Position numbers and translations under genes: made by a program. Positions 59,570 to 64,000 of a DNA stretch of 64,000 nt are shown piece after piece. The DNA lies in the NCBI GenBank assembly GCA_027923505.1, contig BROI01000033.1:186001-250000 (forward strand). Reading direction: 5' to 3'. The notes beneath the pieces are model-generated. The model had not been told where the DNA came from. It saw nothing but the letters and a program-made list of their open reading frames with translations, and ran no database searches. This DNA is from Mayamaea pseudoterrestris. Lineage: Eukaryota. How positions within the stretch are numbered: the first letter of the stretch is position 1; the number at the start of each line of letters is the position of its first letter.

Positions 59570-62500
59570 ATTTTCCACTCAATAGCCATACCCATGGGCC
59601 AGCCAGCTTCAATATGAGTCTCTGCGGTTATTAGGCATGCATAAAGGATGTAGGATGTGCAATCCATTCAATGGTACACCATCAAACCCACCCAGCAATA
59701 TGACCGGAGTTGGGTTGTGATGAATGGTGGCTGGTGGACCACATGGTTTTCAGTTTTTACACTCAATAGCCATACCCATGGGCCAGCCAGCTTCAATATG
59801 AGTCTCTGCGGTTACTAGGCATGCAAAAGGGAAGTTGAATGTGCAATCCATTTTATGGTACACCTTCAAACCCTCCAGCAAATTGACTGGGGTTGGGTTG
59901 TGTTGGATGGTGGCTGGTGGACCACATGGTTTTCAGTTATTACACTCAATAGCCATACCCATTTGCCAGCCAGCTTCAATATGAGTCTCTGCGGTTATTA
60001 GGCATGCATTAAAGATGATTAATGTGCAATCCAATCAATGGTACACCTTCGAACCCTCCAGCAAAATGACCGGGGTTGCGATGTGTTGAATGGTGGCTGG
60101 TGGACCACATAATTTTCAGTTTTTACAATCAATAGCCATACCCATGGGCCAGCCAGCTTCAATATGAGACTCTGCGGTTATTAGGCATGTATTAAGGATG
60201 TAGGATGTGCAATTCAATTGATGGTGTTCTTCCAAACCCTCCAGCAAAATGACCGGAGTTGGGTTGTGTTGAATGGTGGCTGGTGGACCACATGGTTTTC
60301 AGTTTCTACACTCAATAGCCAAACCCATGGGCCAGCAGCTTCAATATGAGTCTCTGCGGTTATTAGGCATGTATTAAGGATGTAGGATGGGCAATTCAAT
60401 CAATGGTGTTATCCCAAACCCTCGAGCAAAATGACCGGTGTTGCGATGTGTTGGATAGTGGCTGGTGAACCATATGGTTTTCAGTTTTTACACTCAATAG
60501 CTAACCCACGGGCCAGCCAGCTTCAATATGAGTCTCTGCGGCGATTAGGCATGCATAAAGGATGAAGGATGTAGGATGTGCAATCCATTCAATGGTACAC
60601 CCTCAAACCCAAAAGCAAAATGACTGGGGTTGGGTTGTGATGGATGGTGGCTGTTGGACCACATGGTTTTCAATTTTTACACTCGATAGCCATACCCATG
60701 GGCCAGCCAGCTTCAATATGAGTCTCTGCGTTTATTAGGCATGCATTAAGGATGTAGGATGTGCAATCCATTCAATGGTACACCTTCAAACCCTCCAGCA
60801 AAATGACCGGGGTTGGGTTGTGTTGGTGGTGGTTGGTGGACCACATGATTTCCAGTTTTTACACTCAATAGCCATATCCACAGGCCAGCCAGCTTCAATA
60901 TGAGTCTCTGCGGTTATAAAGGCATGCATTAAGAATGTAGGATGTGCAATCCGTTCAATGATACACCCTCAAACCCTCCAGCAAATTGACCGGGGTTGGG
61001 TTGTGTTGGATGGTGGCTGGTGAACCATATGGTTTTCAGTTTTTATACTCAATAGCTAACCCACGGGCCAGCCAGCTTCAATATGAGTCTCTGCGGTGAT
61101 TAGGCATGCATAAAGGATGTAGGATGTAGGATGTGCAATCCATTCAATGGTACACCCTCAAACCCTCCAGCAAAATGACCGGGGTTGGGTTGTGTTGGAT
61201 GGTGGCTGGTGGACCACATGGTTTTCAGTTTTTACACTCAATAGCCATACCCATTTGCCAGCCAGCTTCAATATGAGTCTCTGCGGTTATTAGGCATGCA
61301 TAAAGATTTTATGATGCGCAAACAATTCAATGGTACACCTTCGAACCCTCCAGTAAATTGACCGGGGTTGTGTTGTGTTGAATGGTGGCTGGTGGACCGT
61401 TTGGTTTTCAGTTTTTACACTCAATAGCCATACCCATTTGCCAGCCAGCTTCAATATGAGTCTCTGCGGTTATTAGGCATACATGAAGGATGTAGGATGT
61501 GCAATCCATTCAATGGTACACCCTCAAACCCTCCAGCAAAATGACCGGGGTCGGGTTGTGACAAGTGGCTGTTGGACCACATGGTTTTCAGTTATTACAC
61601 TCAATAGCCATATTCATTTGCCAGCCAGCTTCAATATGAGTCTCTGCGGTTATTAGGCATGCGTTTAGGATGTAGGATGTGTAATCCATTCAACAGTACA
61701 TCTTCAAACCCTCCAGCAAAATGACCGGGGTTGGGTTGTGTTGAATGGTGGCTGGTGGACCACATGGTTCTTCAGTTTTTACACTCAATAGCCATACCCA
61801 CTTGCCAGCCAGCTTCAATATGAGTCTCTGCGGTTATTAGGCATGCATAAAGGATGAAGTATTTGCAAATCAATCAATGGTGTTGCAAAATGATCGGAGT
61901 TGGGTTGTGATGAATGGTGGCTGGTTGACCACATGGTTTTCAGTTTTTACACTCAATAGCCATACCCATGGGCCAGCCAGCTTCAGTATGAGTCTCTGCG
62001 GTTAATAGGTATGCATAAAGGATGTAGGATGTGCAATCCATTCAATGGTACACCTTCAATTCTCCAGTAAAATGACCGGGGTTGGGTTGTGTTGGATGGT
62101 GGCTGGTGGACCACATGGTTTTCAGTTATTACACTCAATAGCCATACCCATTTGCCAGCCTGCTTCAATATGAGTCTCTGCAGTTATAAGGCATGCATTA
62201 AAGATGGTTGATGTGCAATCCATTCAATGGTAAACCTTCGAACCCTCCAGCAAAATGACCGGGGTTGCGATGTGTTGAATGGTGGCTGGTGGACCATATG
62301 GTTTTCAGTTTTTACACTCAATAGCTAACCCACAGGCCAGCCAGCTTCAATATGAGTCTCTGCGGTGATTAGGCATGCATAAAGGATGTAGGATGTGCAA
62401 TCCATTCAATAGTACACCATCAAACCCTCCAGCAAAATGACTGGGGTTGGGTTGTGATGGAAGGTGGCTGTTGGACCACATGGTTTTCAGTTTTTACACT

Positions 62501-64000
62501 CGATAGCCATACCCATGGGCCAGCCAGCTTCAATGTGAGTCTCTGCGGTTATTAGGCATGCATTAAGAATTTATGATGCGCAATCCATTCAATGGTACAC
62601 CTTCAAACCCTCCAGTAAATTGACCGGGGTTGTGTTGTGTTGGATGGTGGCTGGTGGCTGGTGGACCGTTTGGTTTTTCTTACACTCAATAGCCATACCC
62701 ATTTGCCAGCCAGCTTCAGTATGAGTCTCTGCGGTTATTAGGCGTGCATTAAGGATGTAGGATGTGCAATCCAGTCAATGGTACACCCTCAAACACTCCA
62801 GCAAAATGACCGGGGTTGGGTTGTGTTGAATGGTGGCTGGTGGACCACATGGTTATCAGTTTTTACACTCACAGTCAATAGCCATATCCACGGGCCAGCC
62901 AGCTTCAATATGAGTCTCTATGGTTATAAAGGCATGCATTAAGAATGTAGGATGTGCAATCCATTCAATGGTGTTATCCCAAATCCTCGAGCAAAATGAC
63001 TGGTGTTGCGATGTGTTGGATGGTGGCTGGTGAACCATATGGTTTTCAGTTTTTACACTCAATAGCTAACCCACGGGCCAGCCAGCTTCAATATGAGTCT
63101 CTGCGGTTATTAGGCATGTATTAAGGATGTAGGATGGGCAATTCAATCAATGGTGTTGGTGGCTGGTGGACCATATGGTTTTCAGTTTTTACACTCAATA
63201 GCTAACCCACAGGCCAGCCAGCTTCAATATGAGTCTCTGCGGTGATTAGGCATGCATAAAGGATGTAGGATGTGCAATCCATTCAATAGTACACCATCAA
63301 ACCCTCCAGCAAAATGACTGGGGTTGGGTTGTGATGGAAGGTGGCTGTTGGACCACATGGTTTTCAGTTTTTACACTCGATAGCCATACCCATGGGCCAG
63401 CCAGCTTCAATGTGAGTCTCTGCGGTTATTAGGCATGCATTAAGAATTTATGATGCGCAATCCATTCAATGGTACACCTTCAAACCCTCCAGTAAATTGA
63501 CCGGGGTTGTGTTGTGTTGGATGGTGGCTGGTGGCTGGTGGACCGTTTGGTTTTTCTTACACTCAATAGCCATACCCATTTGCCAGCCAGCTTCAGTATG
63601 AGTCTCTGCGGTTATTAGGCGTGCATTAAGGATGTAGGATGTGCAATCCAGTCAATGGTACACCCTCAAACACTCCAGCAAAATGACCGGGGTTGGGTTG
63701 TGTTGAATGGTGGCTGGTGGACCACATGGTTATCAGTTTTTACACTCACAGTCAATAGCCATATCCACGGGCCAGCCAGCTTCAATATGAGTCTCTATGG
63801 TTATAAAGGCATGCATTAAGAATGTAGGATGTGCAATCCATTCAATGGTGTTATCCCAAATCCTCGAGCAAAATGACTGGTGTTGCGATGTGTTGGATGG
63901 TGGCTGGTGAACCATATGGTTTTCAGTTTTTACACTCAATAGCTAACCCACGGGCCAGCCAGCTTCAATATGAGTCTCTGCGGTTATTAGGCATGTATTA
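59570..64000. repeat. Satellite array D: ~183-bp monomer, about 24 copies, moderately diverged; truncated by window end
   Basis: CACTCAATAGCCATACCCAT...GCCAGCCAGCTTCAATATGAGTCTCTGCGG recurs at 59760, 59943, 60126, 60309 and onward. Confidence 0.98.

Noticed and set aside
59570..64000. Short ORFs in satellite D
   Set aside because: Repeat-derived, with no coding features.

Overview
Eukaryotic genomic DNA, most likely from a diatom. This is inferred from short GT-AG introns, signal peptides ending in A-F (bipartite plastid presequences), a PyShell-like domain and a diatom-type LRR family member. About 55% of the window is tandem satellite DNA of near-nucleosome length. Array A (1-17.3 kb) is a 180+172 = 352-bp dimer, array B has 181/185-bp monomers, array C 169-bp monomers, A' is a degenerate 180-bp array, and array D (~183 bp) runs from 59.6 kb to the end. 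The arrays appear distantly related to one another. They enclose a ~28-kb gene island encoding a small (PDDL)n protein, a 3-exon CPA1 Na+/H+ antiporter, plastid TypA/BipA, an LRR protein, golgin-84, a SAC3/GANP (THP3/LENG8-like) protein and a disrupted YqeY gene, plus a MITE. The most notable signal is a pair of probably plastid-targeted genes. The first is a spliced gene fusing a ~630-aa disordered region to a PyShell-like (pyrenoid shell) two-repeat domain; the ORF track splits it in two. The second is a ~1970-aa low-complexity protein with ~20 aromatic/basic 'sticker' repeats, one of which recurs in the PyShell fusion. Together they are a candidate pyrenoid linker/shell-tether module. All family calls come from motif recognition, not database searches.
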